Assembly (NCBI GenBank): GCA_963787835.1
Contig: CAWBEI010000002.1
Coordinates: 640,001-704,000, forward strand
DNA length: 64,000 nt
Source: Ignavibacteriota bacterium
GTDB taxonomy: Bacteria; Bacteroidota; Ignavibacteria; Palsa-1295
Direction: 5' to 3'
The notes below the pieces were generated by a model. It was not told the DNA's origin and searched no databases. It saw only the letters and a list, made by a program, of their open reading frames with translations. Shown here one piece after another: positions 49,113 to 59,523 of the stretch (position 1 is its first letter; every line of letters starts with the position of its first letter). A program made the translations under genes and the position numbers.

Positions 49113-50294
49113 TTACTTTAAATCAATATATCTTTTTATTTCGTCTTCATTAAATCCGTATCCCCGAAGTTCCTCAGCACTGAATCCTATCAACTCGGGC
49201 TCTGTATAAAGATGAAGTCCCGTCTTTTCCTCAACGATTTCGCGTACTTCTTTCACGACGGAAAGCACTTCGTCCGCAGTTGCCTCACGCGTTACGTTCA
49301 GCACCACAACCGGCTGAGTTGGATTTAGCTGCACATTCCCACGCTGAAATCCTTTTAGCCCACATGATTCCAGGATAAAAGCCGATGGAATTTTAAGAAA
49401 GGATGAAGGATGAGGGTTGAGGGATGAAGGGACGTATTTTAAAAGCCGTTCGATTTGTTCTGGAATATTCCTTTCGAAATGATCGCGGAGATTTTCGAAT
49501 TGTTCCAGCGATATTATAGAATTCTTGAAGAACGATCCCGCATTCCCTTCGACCGACTCTGCGGGAAATGGGAATTTCCTGTCACGTATGGTTTTGATCG
49601 CTTCACGAATTTCTCTGAGCGATGGCTCGGGATTTTCCTCAAACCATTTTTTTACATCTGGGTATGAAAGATTACGTTTGGGAGTCGTACTTAATACCAG
49701 TGTTGTGTAAAGAATGATGTAACGATTTTTCTCGGTGGTATTGAAGATGCTTTTGCGATAACTAAACTTGCATGCTTCATTCGATAATATCTGAAGAGTT
49801 TTCGTTGTTCGGTCGAAGACCTCTACATTCACCAGCACATCTTTGATTTCCTGCCCGTACGCCCCAACATTTTGCACGGCGACAGCTCCTGCCCTTCCTG
49901 GAATTCGCGAGAGGTTCTCTATTCCCCAAAACTCATGTGATACGGCAAATTTTACCACATCATCCCAAACTTCGCCAGAGGCAATTCGCAGTGTAGCGCA
50001 CATCGTAGGCGATGCTTCTTCAGTTTGCGATCCCGGCGCGGAGTCACAAACTAAAGTTTGCGCTACAATTCCACGATTCGCAATATGAATAACCAACCCA
50101 TCGAACCCTCGGTCACTTACAAGCATATTGCTCCCTCCGCCGAGGATGAGCACTGGCAAATTTTGGAATTCTGCAAACTCGAATGCCTCGCTAAGTTGGG
50201 CAGGATCGGTAATTTCGAAAAAATATCGTGCAGGGCCGCCAATCTTGAAGGTGGTGAGCGGTTTTAGGGGGCGGTTTTGTTCGATGGGAAGCAA
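49113..50294 (-). CDS. murB: UDP-N-acetylmuramate dehydrogenase with two repeat-derived insertions
   Basis: TTFKIGGPA, LGGGSN, IPG..GA..VQNVGAYG, FSYRKSIF and NAGSFFKN. Confidence 0.92.
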   Translation of the reverse strand: MLPIEQNRPLKPLTTFKIGGPARYFFEITDPAQLSEAFEFAEFQNLPVLILGGGSNMLVSDRGFDGLVIHIANRGIVAQTLVCDSAPGSQTEEASPTMCATLRIASGEVWDDVVKFAVSHEFWGIENLSRIPGRAGAVAVQNVGAYGQEIKDVLVNVEVFDRTTKTLQILSNEACKFSYRKSIFNTTEKNRYIILYTTLVLSTTPKRNLSYPDVKKWFEENPEPSLREIREAIKTIRDRKFPFPAESVEGNAGSFFKNSIISLEQFENLRDHFERNIPEQIERLLKYVPSSLNPHPSSFLKIPSAFILESCGLKGFQRGNVQLNPTQPVVVLNVTREATADEVLSVVKEVREIVEEKTGLHLYTEPELIGFSAEELRGYGFNEDEIKRYIDLK

Positions 50295-50361
50295 TTGGGA
50301 GAGATTGGCTGTTATTTCATGAAATCAACGAAATCCGCCAATTCCCGGTTCATGTTGACAA

Positions 50362-51069
50362 ATGCAGGAAATCCTTGAAATGGAAATAACTAAGCCACTT
50401 TCTGTCGCTGAAAAACAGCGACGGGATGTCCTACGCGTTAACGAAATATTCTACTCCATTCAAGGGGAGGGTTCGCGAGCCGGCGAACCATGCGTTTTTG
50501 TGCGAATGACCGGCTGCGGTCTTCGCTGCACCTATTGCGACACCGAATATGCATTTTATGAAGGCAAAGACCAACCGATTCGTGACATAATCGAGAAGGT
50601 GGAGTCTTATGACTGTAAACTTGTCGAACTAACAGGTGGGGAGCCATTGGAACAAGAGGGCGTTTATCCGTTAATGGATGAACTGCTTCGAAAAGGCTTC
50701 GAAGTGATGATCGAAACCGGTGGGCATATCGATATTTCGCATGTCGATCGGCGTGTGAAGCGAATCGTGGATCTAAAAACTCCATCCTCAGGCATGATGA
50801 AGCGGAATCGCTATGAGAACGTCGAGCATCTTACAAAACATGACGAGGTAAAATTCGTGATTGGTTCTCGCGAGGATTACGAATGGTCGCGAGCACAGGT
50901 TTGGAAATTCGACCTCCACAACCGTGCAGGATCTGTTCTTTTTTCATCAGTGCATGAGGTGTTGCCATTACAAGATCTTGCCGCATGGATTCTCGAAAAT
51001 CATCTGCCCATTCGATTACAAATGCAATTACATAAGCTGATCTGGCCCGAAGTATTAAGAGGAGTATGA
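50362..51069 (+). CDS. queE: 7-carboxy-7-deazaguanine synthase (radical SAM)
   Basis: EIFYSIQGEG, CGLRCTYCDT, LTGGEP and QLHK. Confidence 0.93.
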   Translation: MQEILEMEITKPLSVAEKQRRDVLRVNEIFYSIQGEGSRAGEPCVFVRMTGCGLRCTYCDTEYAFYEGKDQPIRDIIEKVESYDCKLVELTGGEPLEQEGVYPLMDELLRKGFEVMIETGGHIDISHVDRRVKRIVDLKTPSSGMMKRNRYENVEHLTKHDEVKFVIGSREDYEWSRAQVWKFDLHNRAGSVLFSSVHEVLPLQDLAAWILENHLPIRLQMQLHKLIWPEVLRGV

Positions 51070-51479
51070 CATTGAACAAACCAGAACTGATCGTTTTTCC
51101 CAACCCCTATCCTGAAAGAGATTATGAGATCGCCCATGTGAATCCAGAATTTACTTCGGTATGCCCCGTTACCGGACTTCCCGATTTTGGCGAGATCGCG
51201 GTGCGTTTTGTGCCGGATAAATTATGCGTGGAGTTAAAATCACTCAAATATTATTTCATCAGCTTCCGAAATCGAGGAATTTTTTATGAGGCCGTGATCA
51301 ACGAGATCCTGGAAGACCTTGTAACAGCGATGGAACCGCGATGGATAGAAGTTACCGGAAAATTCTCGACGCGCGGAGGGCTGCATTCTAACGTGGTGGC
51401 AAAATTTACTAAATCAGAAGATGCATTGGTGCACTCCGAACGAATCTTTGTGAAGAATTTTGAAAAGGTGGTTCAATAA
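51066..51479 (+). CDS. queF: preQ0 reductase, unimodular type
   Basis: EFTSVCPVTGLPDF, VELKSLKYY and RGGL. Confidence 0.93.
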   Translation: MTLNKPELIVFPNPYPERDYEIAHVNPEFTSVCPVTGLPDFGEIAVRFVPDKLCVELKSLKYYFISFRNRGIFYEAVINEILEDLVTAMEPRWIEVTGKFSTRGGLHSNVVAKFTKSEDALVHSERIFVKNFEKVVQ

Positions 51480-51482
51480 GCC

Positions 51483-51923
51483 ATGCTGACCCAAATCGCA
51501 AAGGATTTCCGATGGGAAATGGCACACCGGTTGCCGGATCATTCCGGTGGATGCCGCAACGTGCATGGGCATTCCTATCGCATGTGGGTCGAGCTTGCCG
51601 GAGAGCCGGATGAAATGGGGATGGTCCTCGATTATTTCGATCTTAAAAAGATGGTCGATCCACTTATTGCAGAGATCGATCATGCCTTCCTGTGTGACCG
51701 CTCGGATACGCTTATCGTCGATTTCCTCGAATCCTCTGGCCTCAAAGCCGTATATGTAACTTTCCCCACCACGGCAGAAAACCTCGCTAAATGGTTCTTC
51801 GAGCGACTAAAACCCCTATTTCATGCACAGAATGATGTCTCTGCTATGAAACATTTGCACGAGCTCCGCGTGCGTATTCAGGAGACGGAACGCACCTACG
51901 CAGAAGTCAGTGGGCTTTTATAG
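51483..51923 (+). CDS. queD: 6-carboxytetrahydropterin synthase
   Basis: AHRL..H.G.C.NVHGHSY, DHAFL, TTAENLA and QET. Confidence 0.92.
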   Translation: MLTQIAKDFRWEMAHRLPDHSGGCRNVHGHSYRMWVELAGEPDEMGMVLDYFDLKKMVDPLIAEIDHAFLCDRSDTLIVDFLESSGLKAVYVTFPTTAENLAKWFFERLKPLFHAQNDVSAMKHLHELRVRIQETERTYAEVSGLL

Positions 51924-51955
51924 TGGCGCATGGCTCTGCGCACACTTGATATTGA

Positions 51956-52636
51956 ATGAAATCCATCGTTTTACTCTCCGGCGGAATGGACTCAACGCTC
52001 TCGGCCACGATCGCGCGGCGTGACTCAGAATACGTTGCCGCGCTTCACCTCAACTATCGCCATCGAACGGAACGTCGCGAGCTAAAAGCATTTGAAGATG
52101 TTTGCTATGCACTGCAAATTTCCGAACGTCTCATCGTTGATATTGAATTTTTGCGAACCATCGGCGGATCGAGCCTGACAGATTCCTCCATCGAAGTGAC
52201 CAAAGCGGATCTCGATGCCACAGGGATCCCAAGTTCTTATGTACCGTTTAGGAACGGAAATTTTCTTTCAGTAGCGGCAAGCTGGGCGGAAGTGATCGGC
52301 GCGAATGCCATTTATATCGGCGCGGTCGAGGAGGATTCTTCTGGCTACCCGGATTGCCGACGCGTTTTTTTCGATGCTTTTGAACGCACCGTTGAGCTAG
52401 GCACGAAACCGGGAAGCAATATTCGAATTATTACGCCCGTTATTCATCTTCACAAACGTGAGATCGTGCGAGAATCGGTTCGACTCGATGCTCCCATCGG
52501 AGCAACGTGGTCCTGCTATCAATCGGAGGATGTGGCCTGTGGCGTCTGCGATAGCTGCGCGCTGCGCCTCCGAGGATTTGCAGAAGCTGGAATTGAAGAC
52601 CCCATCCCGTATAAGGTGAGGCCTCGATACACATGA
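51956..52636 (+). CDS. queC: 7-cyano-7-deazaguanine synthase
   Basis: LLSGGMDS, YVPFRN, GYPDCR and TWSCY..CGVCDSC. Confidence 0.95.
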   Translation: MKSIVLLSGGMDSTLSATIARRDSEYVAALHLNYRHRTERRELKAFEDVCYALQISERLIVDIEFLRTIGGSSLTDSSIEVTKADLDATGIPSSYVPFRNGNFLSVAASWAEVIGANAIYIGAVEEDSSGYPDCRRVFFDAFERTVELGTKPGSNIRIITPVIHLHKREIVRESVRLDAPIGATWSCYQSEDVACGVCDSCALRLRGFAEAGIEDPIPYKVRPRYT

Positions 52637-55332
52637 TCCTCCGATTCTCGTGCGTACTGTTCGTTCTCTCCATTGTATTCGGAGCTTCTATGCTTCGCGC
52701 CCAAATTGCAGCGCCACCTGTTGATTCGACCGCGCCAAAACTTAAGCAAATTCGCCCCGGCATCCAATTTCCCGATTCGTTGTATGTGGCACGCGATACG
52801 GTAAAGGGAGATATCGATACCATCGTTCGTTACACCGCTAAAGACTCCACCGTTTTCGATGTTCCAAACAAACGAATGATCCTCGTGAACGATGGGATCG
52901 TGGAATTCGAGAACCGGGAACTCGATGCCTATACCATTGTCATGGATTTCCAACATAATTTGATGACCTCGTATAGTTATGATGTCGATTCGGTCGTGGC
53001 AGCAACACTTGCACTCAGGCGACATATCCTGCGCGATACCAATCGCGCAAAAACCCGCGGCGCACCTAAACTGACAGAAGGCGCGACCGTCTATGACGGC
53101 GAAGTGATCGTCTATAATTTCAAGACGAAGCACGGAACGGTCCAACTTGGTACCACGGAGATGGATAAGGGCTTTTATTATGGTGAAAAGATCAAGCAGG
53201 TTGCGCCGAAAACCCTTTTTGTTGAGAATGGACGCTATACCACTTGCGACGCTGAAGTTCCACATTATTATTTCGAATCGCCGAAAATGAAGGTCATTAT
53301 GGGCGACCAGATCTTTGCAGCACCAGTCTATCTATACGTGGCGGATGTGCCGATCTTCGTGTTGCCGTTTGGAGTGTTTCCCAACCACGAAAGTGGCAGG
53401 CATTCCGGAATTATTATGCCCAGTTATACCACCCAGGGTGATCGTGGCTATGGCTTGACTCATGCTGGATATTATTGGGTGTTCAACGATTATGCAGATG
53501 CCCGCGCACAAACGGATATATACACCGTTGGCGGATACAATGTTGATTTCATGGCGGAGTATATGAAGAAGTATCTTCTGAATGGCCCCGCATCCATCGA
53601 ATATGGCTTTGGACAAACCAGATACTCCAGCGCCGATCCTTTTGTACCCAATTGGCTGATCCGAGGTGACCTGCCAAATCTCATACTCGGGTATGAAACA
53701 TCGCTCTCGGCAAATCTAAGCTTCCAAAGTAGCGGATATTTTCAGGCCAATGCCACGAATATCCAGCAGTTCTATACTCAGCAAGTTACTTCAAGCGCTA
53801 ATTTCAGCACTGGCTGGCAGGATCTTGGGCTTAGTCTTGGCATTGATTACCAGCGAAGTCAAAATTTGCTCGATGGAACCTATCAGGAAAGCAGCCCCCA
53901 GATCAATCTTTCGAAAACAGCATGGTTCCCATTTCAATCTACCGATGGAACACAGCCGAGCGCTCTGATGACCGCACTCGGTATTCCGACATTGAATATC
54001 GGCTATTCGTTCAGCGCAAGCCACAATGTCAACAAGGCTACGAACACGCCGAACGCGATGACCGATTCTACGGTGTACACCAACACCGAAAGTTACAGCA
54101 TGCTACACAGCCCCTCCATCAGCATTTCACCAAAACTCGGGTACTTCACGTTCACGCCGAGCTTCGGGTATCAGGAGGCGTGGCTGGTACATGAGCACCT
54201 GCTGAGTAATTTTCGAAGATCCTACATAAGAGACTCTACCGGCAAGATCATCGACACAATCACTGTTGCCGATACGACATCGAGCAACCATTTTAGCCGT
54301 TTATATAATTACAATGCCGGCGTCCACATCTCGACAACAGTATATGGTATTGCAAATATTGGAATATTTGGTATCGAGGCCATTCGTCACACCATTCAAC
54401 CATCGATCGGCTTTACCTATCAACCAGATCTATCCTATCAAAATTATCGCCCAATCACGAATCCGGTTTCCGGGCAACCCACTGCGTACAATATTTTCAA
54501 TGGCGAACCAAATGGCGACTTGGTTGGCCAGGGTAGATCGGAGACGATGTCGATCGACCTTGCCAATAATTTCGAAGCAAAAGTCGATCGTCAGGTCAAT
54601 AAGGATTCCACTACGGTCGATCACGTGAAGCTTTTTAATCTCGATGCATCGACGGGCTACAATCTCGCAACAAAGTTACTTGGCGATCTAAACCTTAGTG
54701 CAAGTTCCTCGATCGGAACACTCTTTAGCCTGAGCGGAAATGCAGCATTTTCGTTCTATCCGGCAAACTATCAGGGTGGCGATTCCACCCAGTACTCTCT
54801 TTCGAGCCTTCATGAGGGACTTGTCCGCGCTCAATCGGTATCGGCTGGACTGAGCGGAAGCTTTTCAGCGGCGAAAACTACAGAAGGCGGAAATTACGAT
54901 TCCCTTCGCCACCTATTTAATATTACTTCAGCGCAGGACGAACGGGAAATGTTCTTCGGTGGGAATTATCCAGGAGCGTATTTCGATGTCCCTTTTCGTC
55001 CACAATGGAATATCAGCTACCAACTAAACTACACCCAAAGCTTTGCAGCCAACGGAGGAACCGAACGGGATTTTGGCGCGAATGTCAGTCTCAATCTACC
55101 GCTTACAGTCCATTGGCTGTTTAGCACCACGGCAGGGTATGATCTATTGAGCAGGAAGATCATCATCCCACAATTGACCGTACATCGTGACCTGCATTGC
55201 TGGGAAATGAATTTCACGTATCGCCCACCCGGCTCCCAAATTTCCGGATTCAATCTGGAGATCAAGATCGTCGCGCCACAGTTGCAGGACGTTAAACTTA
55301 CTCGGACTGAAAATAGCTACGGGGAATTCTAA
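52633..55332 (+). CDS. lptD: LPS assembly protein LptD
   Basis: YTAKDS, YTTCD..PHY, SGIIMPSY and RDLHCWEM; long beta-barrel. Confidence 0.85.
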   Translation: MILRFSCVLFVLSIVFGASMLRAQIAAPPVDSTAPKLKQIRPGIQFPDSLYVARDTVKGDIDTIVRYTAKDSTVFDVPNKRMILVNDGIVEFENRELDAYTIVMDFQHNLMTSYSYDVDSVVAATLALRRHILRDTNRAKTRGAPKLTEGATVYDGEVIVYNFKTKHGTVQLGTTEMDKGFYYGEKIKQVAPKTLFVENGRYTTCDAEVPHYYFESPKMKVIMGDQIFAAPVYLYVADVPIFVLPFGVFPNHESGRHSGIIMPSYTTQGDRGYGLTHAGYYWVFNDYADARAQTDIYTVGGYNVDFMAEYMKKYLLNGPASIEYGFGQTRYSSADPFVPNWLIRGDLPNLILGYETSLSANLSFQSSGYFQANATNIQQFYTQQVTSSANFSTGWQDLGLSLGIDYQRSQNLLDGTYQESSPQINLSKTAWFPFQSTDGTQPSALMTALGIPTLNIGYSFSASHNVNKATNTPNAMTDSTVYTNTESYSMLHSPSISISPKLGYFTFTPSFGYQEAWLVHEHLLSNFRRSYIRDSTGKIIDTITVADTTSSNHFSRLYNYNAGVHISTTVYGIANIGIFGIEAIRHTIQPSIGFTYQPDLSYQNYRPITNPVSGQPTAYNIFNGEPNGDLVGQGRSETMSIDLANNFEAKVDRQVNKDSTTVDHVKLFNLDASTGYNLATKLLGDLNLSASSSIGTLFSLSGNAAFSFYPANYQGGDSTQYSLSSLHEGLVRAQSVSAGLSGSFSAAKTTEGGNYDSLRHLFNITSAQDEREMFFGGNYPGAYFDVPFRPQWNISYQLNYTQSFAANGGTERDFGANVSLNLPLTVHWLFSTTAGYDLLSRKIIIPQLTVHRDLHCWEMNFTYRPPGSQISGFNLEIKIVAPQLQDVKLTRTENSYGEF

Positions 55333-55366
55333 CCATGATTTATAGGATTTTGCTTATTTCTCGTTC

Positions 55367-56401
55367 TTGAATCCTATGCTGCAGGAAAGCGATACTACTC
55401 ATCCATTGCATGCTCGCACCGCGTCAGCTTTAGCTTCGCTGGGCGTTACCGGTGATGCAAAAGTGTTATTGGCTGTCAGTGGCGGCCCCGATTCGTTGTC
55501 GCTCCTGCATGCCGTGCAATCACTGCGTGATGCAGGGATGTATGAGAGTATTTCGGTCGCGCATGTCAATCATAAACTTCGGGAGCCCGACTCAGACATG
55601 GAAGAAGCGATTGTTCGGAAGTATTGTGAAGTGTGGAATGTCCAGATCTATGTATCGAGCGTACGAACAGCAGATGTCGCTCAAATCGAAAAAACTGGCA
55701 TCGAAGAAACAGCGCGGAGACTGCGTTATAAATTTTTCGAGACATTAGCAGAGACGCATGGTTTCGACTTCGTGCTGACTGCACATACCGCGAACGATCA
55801 AGCTGAGACGGTTATTCTCAACATGATTCGCGGGTCAGGCGTACGAGGTCTGGCCGGCATTCCTTCAAAACGAAAACTAGGGAACTCACACATTATTCGC
55901 CCTTGGTTAGATGTTACTAGATCGGAAATAACGGAATATCTCCATGAGCTTGATATTATTGCTGCGCATGACTCATCCAATGATGAGCTGACATACCAGC
56001 GAAATCGTGTGCGGCATGAAGTAATGCCGGTGCTTGCAGCGGTCTGGCCTGACCGCTCCACCATCAAAACACTCTCCTCGCTCGCTGAGAGGATGCGGGA
56101 ACTCTCGCATTTCCTCGATAAGCAAGCTTTCGAAGCACTAAGAAAACTGGAAATGGATGGAGGACTTTCCATGGATGGTCTTAAAACTTTACATCCTTTT
56201 CTACTCCACATTACGTTCGAGATCTGGATTCATCAAGAATTCGGGCATTATGGTCTTACCTCTGAAGAATCTTCCCGGATGCAACATTGGCTTTCGACCG
56301 CCTCTCCAAGAATGGAGCTTCGCAAAGGACTAAGCCTTCGCAAAGATAGGAATATACTGCGCTTAGAGAGCAACGGTCGTCAGTTGGTCTATCATGAATA
56401 A
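55367..56401 (+). CDS. tilS: tRNA(Ile)-lysidine synthase
   Basis: AVSGGPDS, HVNHKLR, ARRLRY, AHTANDQAET, IRP, DSSN and RNRVRH. Confidence 0.93.
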   Translation: MNPMLQESDTTHPLHARTASALASLGVTGDAKVLLAVSGGPDSLSLLHAVQSLRDAGMYESISVAHVNHKLREPDSDMEEAIVRKYCEVWNVQIYVSSVRTADVAQIEKTGIEETARRLRYKFFETLAETHGFDFVLTAHTANDQAETVILNMIRGSGVRGLAGIPSKRKLGNSHIIRPWLDVTRSEITEYLHELDIIAAHDSSNDELTYQRNRVRHEVMPVLAAVWPDRSTIKTLSSLAERMRELSHFLDKQAFEALRKLEMDGGLSMDGLKTLHPFLLHITFEIWIHQEFGHYGLTSEESSRMQHWLSTASPRMELRKGLSLRKDRNILRLESNGRQLVYHE

Positions 56402-56420
56402 AAAGTTTTTCATTTAGTCT

Positions 56421-57761
56421 ATGCACTCTCGTTCATTCGTCGCTAGTATTCTTTTCACGTTATCGCTGACAGGCACCGTACTCGCGCAATCCGGAACCGT
56501 ACTGGATACTCGCCGCGACCTCACAAAACGCGACGAACGCTTTAGCTTGCAGTCCGCCAATGGAAGCGCGGCCATCACGATCAAGAATGTGGATATTACC
56601 CACTTCCCGGACATGAGTATCATCTTCTCTGCCGTTGACCGCCGGAATAATTTCATCCGAACGCTGCAGAAAGAAGACCTCGTCGTCCTCGAAAATGGGA
56701 TCGAGCGGCCGATCCTTTCGCTCGACCTCGTCAGCGGCGAAAACCGGGTTCCCATCGACATCGTCTTTGTGATCGATCAAACCGCTTCCATGGGCGATAT
56801 GATCGGAACCGTCAAGGAGAATGTCACGCAATTTGCCGAAGAGCTTTCCCAGCATGGATTCGATTACCGCCTGGGCTTAGTCCGCTTCAGCGATATTGTG
56901 GAATGGAAAAGCCCCACACTTACCGATGACATTTCAGAATTTGAAAAATGGGTGGCGGATATTCAAACCGTCGGCGGTGGCGACCCCAAAGAAAATGCCC
57001 TCGAAGGACTGCATGCCATGAACGACATGCCATTCCGGCCCATCGCGATTCGTCTGGCTGTGCTCATCACGGATGCACAATGCCACCAGCAAGGCGAACA
57101 AGGCGATGGCACCACTGACTTTACTATGAAAAGCATGGGCGACTGGCTTTATCAGCGTGATGTCCGATTGCTCACCGTTACGCCGCCTGAATACCCCGAA
57201 TACCATGCCATGGCATTTGCAACCGATGGCGCGAGCTTCGATCTTGGCAAGAGTTTTGCTAACTCCGTCGAAGATCTCGCAAATAGCGTCACCAGTCTGT
57301 ACTCGCTGAAATATCTTTCGCAATCGACCCTCGTGCCAGATTCCGTTCACTTAGATCTCTTGCGTGCTGAGGATCATTCCGTGCTCGCAAGCAGAAAACT
57401 GCTTGGCATCGAACCAGGAAGACGTTTCGTCTTCGAGGATCTCCAGTTTGCTCCAAATCAAACTCAGCTCCTGAACGAGTTCATCCCCGAACTTGAGCGC
57501 GTCGTTCGCTTGATGCACGTTCGCCCCTCCATGCGAATTCGGATCGAAGGACATGCCGATTCCACCGGTCTTCCCGAAGTGAACATGAAGCTCTCCGAAG
57601 AACGGGCTGTCGCCGTGAAGCGCTATCTGATGCAATCCGGTATTGCTCCAGATCGCATCGAAACCAAAGGCATGGGCTCCACTCATCCCGTCGCTACAAA
57701 TGCGACGGAAGCCGGACGCCGCCTTAACCGCCGCACTGAGTTCGTGATACTCACGAAATAA
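56421..57761 (+). CDS. VWA domain + OmpA domain protein
   Basis: MIDAS-like IDQTASM, GGGDPKE and LITDA; EGHADSTG, LSEERA and NRRTEF. Confidence 0.85.
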   Translation: MHSRSFVASILFTLSLTGTVLAQSGTVLDTRRDLTKRDERFSLQSANGSAAITIKNVDITHFPDMSIIFSAVDRRNNFIRTLQKEDLVVLENGIERPILSLDLVSGENRVPIDIVFVIDQTASMGDMIGTVKENVTQFAEELSQHGFDYRLGLVRFSDIVEWKSPTLTDDISEFEKWVADIQTVGGGDPKENALEGLHAMNDMPFRPIAIRLAVLITDAQCHQQGEQGDGTTDFTMKSMGDWLYQRDVRLLTVTPPEYPEYHAMAFATDGASFDLGKSFANSVEDLANSVTSLYSLKYLSQSTLVPDSVHLDLLRAEDHSVLASRKLLGIEPGRRFVFEDLQFAPNQTQLLNEFIPELERVVRLMHVRPSMRIRIEGHADSTGLPEVNMKLSEERAVAVKRYLMQSGIAPDRIETKGMGSTHPVATNATEAGRRLNRRTEFVILTK

Positions 57762-58451
57762 GTGATCGCTCGCCAAAATACATTCCTCACTCCCGAACTG
57801 GTGCTCGATGCGTACCGCCAAGGACTGTTCCCAATGGCCGATGCGCGTGGCGCAATCAGTTTCTATGCCTACGACCCACGAGGCATTATTCCACTCGATG
57901 ATCGATTCACCGTTCGTCGTTCCCTGCGTCATGTTTTAGAAAAAAAGAATTTTCGCGTTACATTCGATACCGCTCCGCTCGAAATCCTGCGTGGCTGTGC
58001 CCGCTTCGAAGAGAACATTCCCCCTGAGGAACGATGGCTCACCGAAGAACTCATCGAGCTGTATCTAAAGCTCTTTGAACTAGGTTACATGCACACCGTC
58101 GAAGTTTGGGGCATAATGGATAGTGGAAAGTGGATAGAGGATAACAAAGAGTTACCATCCGAACACCAGCCACCCACCGTCAACTATCCACTATCAACTA
58201 CCCTGATCGGTGGACTCTATGGCCTCACCTTCGGCGCGGCATTTTGTGGCGAGTCGATGTTCTCCCGCGCCCCTTACGCCTCACAGATAGCTCTGGTGTA
58301 CCTCGTCGAGCGGCTGCGCAGAAAAGGCTTCCAACTGCTCGACGCCCAAATGCCAAGCGAGCATCTCCAGCAATTCGGACTCTACGAATGCTCGCAGGAG
58401 CAGTATCTTCCGTTATTCCAAACCGCCGCAAAAATGGATGTAAAGTGGTGA
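57762..58451 (+). CDS. aat: Leucyl/phenylalanyl-tRNA--protein transferase with repeat-derived insertion
   Basis: AYRQGLFPM, DPRGII, HTVEVW, GGLYG, FCGESMFS and LLDAQ. Confidence 0.92.
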   Translation: MIARQNTFLTPELVLDAYRQGLFPMADARGAISFYAYDPRGIIPLDDRFTVRRSLRHVLEKKNFRVTFDTAPLEILRGCARFEENIPPEERWLTEELIELYLKLFELGYMHTVEVWGIMDSGKWIEDNKELPSEHQPPTVNYPLSTTLIGGLYGLTFGAAFCGESMFSRAPYASQIALVYLVERLRRKGFQLLDAQMPSEHLQQFGLYECSQEQYLPLFQTAAKMDVKW

Positions 58452-58532
58452 GCAATCACTCTATTTCCTATCCCAATTTATTGTCTACAAGAAATAGGTG
58501 CCATTTCTTTTTCTTGCTGAGTTCCCGACTAC

Positions 58533-58795
58533 CCTCGAATTTAGGCCAAATTCGCCATTTGAGGCAAAAGTTATTCACAATTCACTTTCGCGAAGAACTC
58601 GTTCATAACGAAAGCTGCCTTCCCCTCTATTTTCAATGAACTCCCCATTCTTCCCTGATCCCGAAAATCTGTAAATCGAGGTCCATCTTTCATACTTCAT
58701 CTTTCATCTTTTCCCCCGAGGGTGCCCATCACAGTAGATACTAATATACGCACATTATATCCAGAAGTCAAGTGTTTTCCGAAAATAATCGAAAT
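58533..58795 (-). other. Promoter-bearing repeated element, copy 2
   Basis: Minus-strand TTGACT-17-TATATT; blocks shared with 38561-38829. Confidence 0.6.
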
Positions 58796-59206
58796 TTATC
58801 GATTTGGAGGAAGCCATTCAACCTTGACGCCACGATGTTCCACATTCTCGAACTCTCGATCTCCGGTGAGGATTGGAGTGTCGCGTTCCAGTGCGAGCGC
58901 GGCAGCAAAACAATCGGCATACGACAGGCCGCCATCTGCTTTTAATCGAGCAGCAGAGATCATAACATCGAAACCCGGCATGATAACTTCTATAGGAAGG
59001 GAGCGGATGGTCGCCCGTATTTCCTCGGCTGCACGCTCACCTTTCCTCCGTAGAACAGTGTAATACACTTCGCCAAAATTAATCCCTGAAAGTAAGTGGA
59101 AGTAACCGCCATTGGCGGCGTTATCGAGATGGTTGAGGACGATCCCCGAACCCGTTTGATTCAGGAAAAGAGTGAGGAGAGAAAAACTATCGAGGATGAA
59201 GATCAT
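58796..59206 (-). CDS. vapC: VapC PIN-domain toxin
   Basis: FILDS, INFGEVYY, LSYADCFA and ILTGDREF. Confidence 0.9.
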   Translation of the reverse strand: MIFILDSFSLLTLFLNQTGSGIVLNHLDNAANGGYFHLLSGINFGEVYYTVLRRKGERAAEEIRATIRSLPIEVIMPGFDVMISAARLKADGGLSYADCFAAALALERDTPILTGDREFENVEHRGVKVEWLPPNR

Positions 59207-59486
59207 GGTCCTCCCGGTTTCGTTCGACCTTTTTTTCTTCGAGATAGGAGTCGAACATGGACTTGTCAGTGCCAAGGAGTCCAACGGACTTCTGTATGGC
59301 TTCTTTCATCCGGTCGAGTTCTGGTGATAGTGCTGGCATTTTTATGATAATTTCAGATTCCCGATCCTCGATCATTACCTTAGAACCAGTGTGAAGCCCA
59401 TGCCGCGATCTCACGGGGTCCGGAAGATCGAGATGACCTTGGGAATCGATGATTGATTCATAAGCTCTGTCCATAGTTAAGTCCAA
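59187..59486 (-). CDS. AbrB/MazE-fold antitoxin
   Basis: IDSQGHLDLPDPVRSRHGLHTGSKV; overlaps the vapC start. Confidence 0.8.
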   Translation of the reverse strand: MDLTMDRAYESIIDSQGHLDLPDPVRSRHGLHTGSKVMIEDRESEIIIKMPALSPELDRMKEAIQKSVGLLGTDKSMFDSYLEEKKVERNREDHDLHPR

Positions 59487-59523
59487 CCACCGCTGTGGGG
59501 CAGTAGTTCATTCATATTTCCCA

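Noticed and set aside
50295-50361. preQ1 riboswitch before the que operon
   Set aside because: Short divergent spacer without a recognisable aptamer stem or A-rich tail.
50362-52636. 7-deazaguanine DNA-modification (dpd) system
   Set aside because: No dpdA/tgt paralog or dpd genes nearby; queF and the housekeeping context fit ordinary queuosine synthesis.
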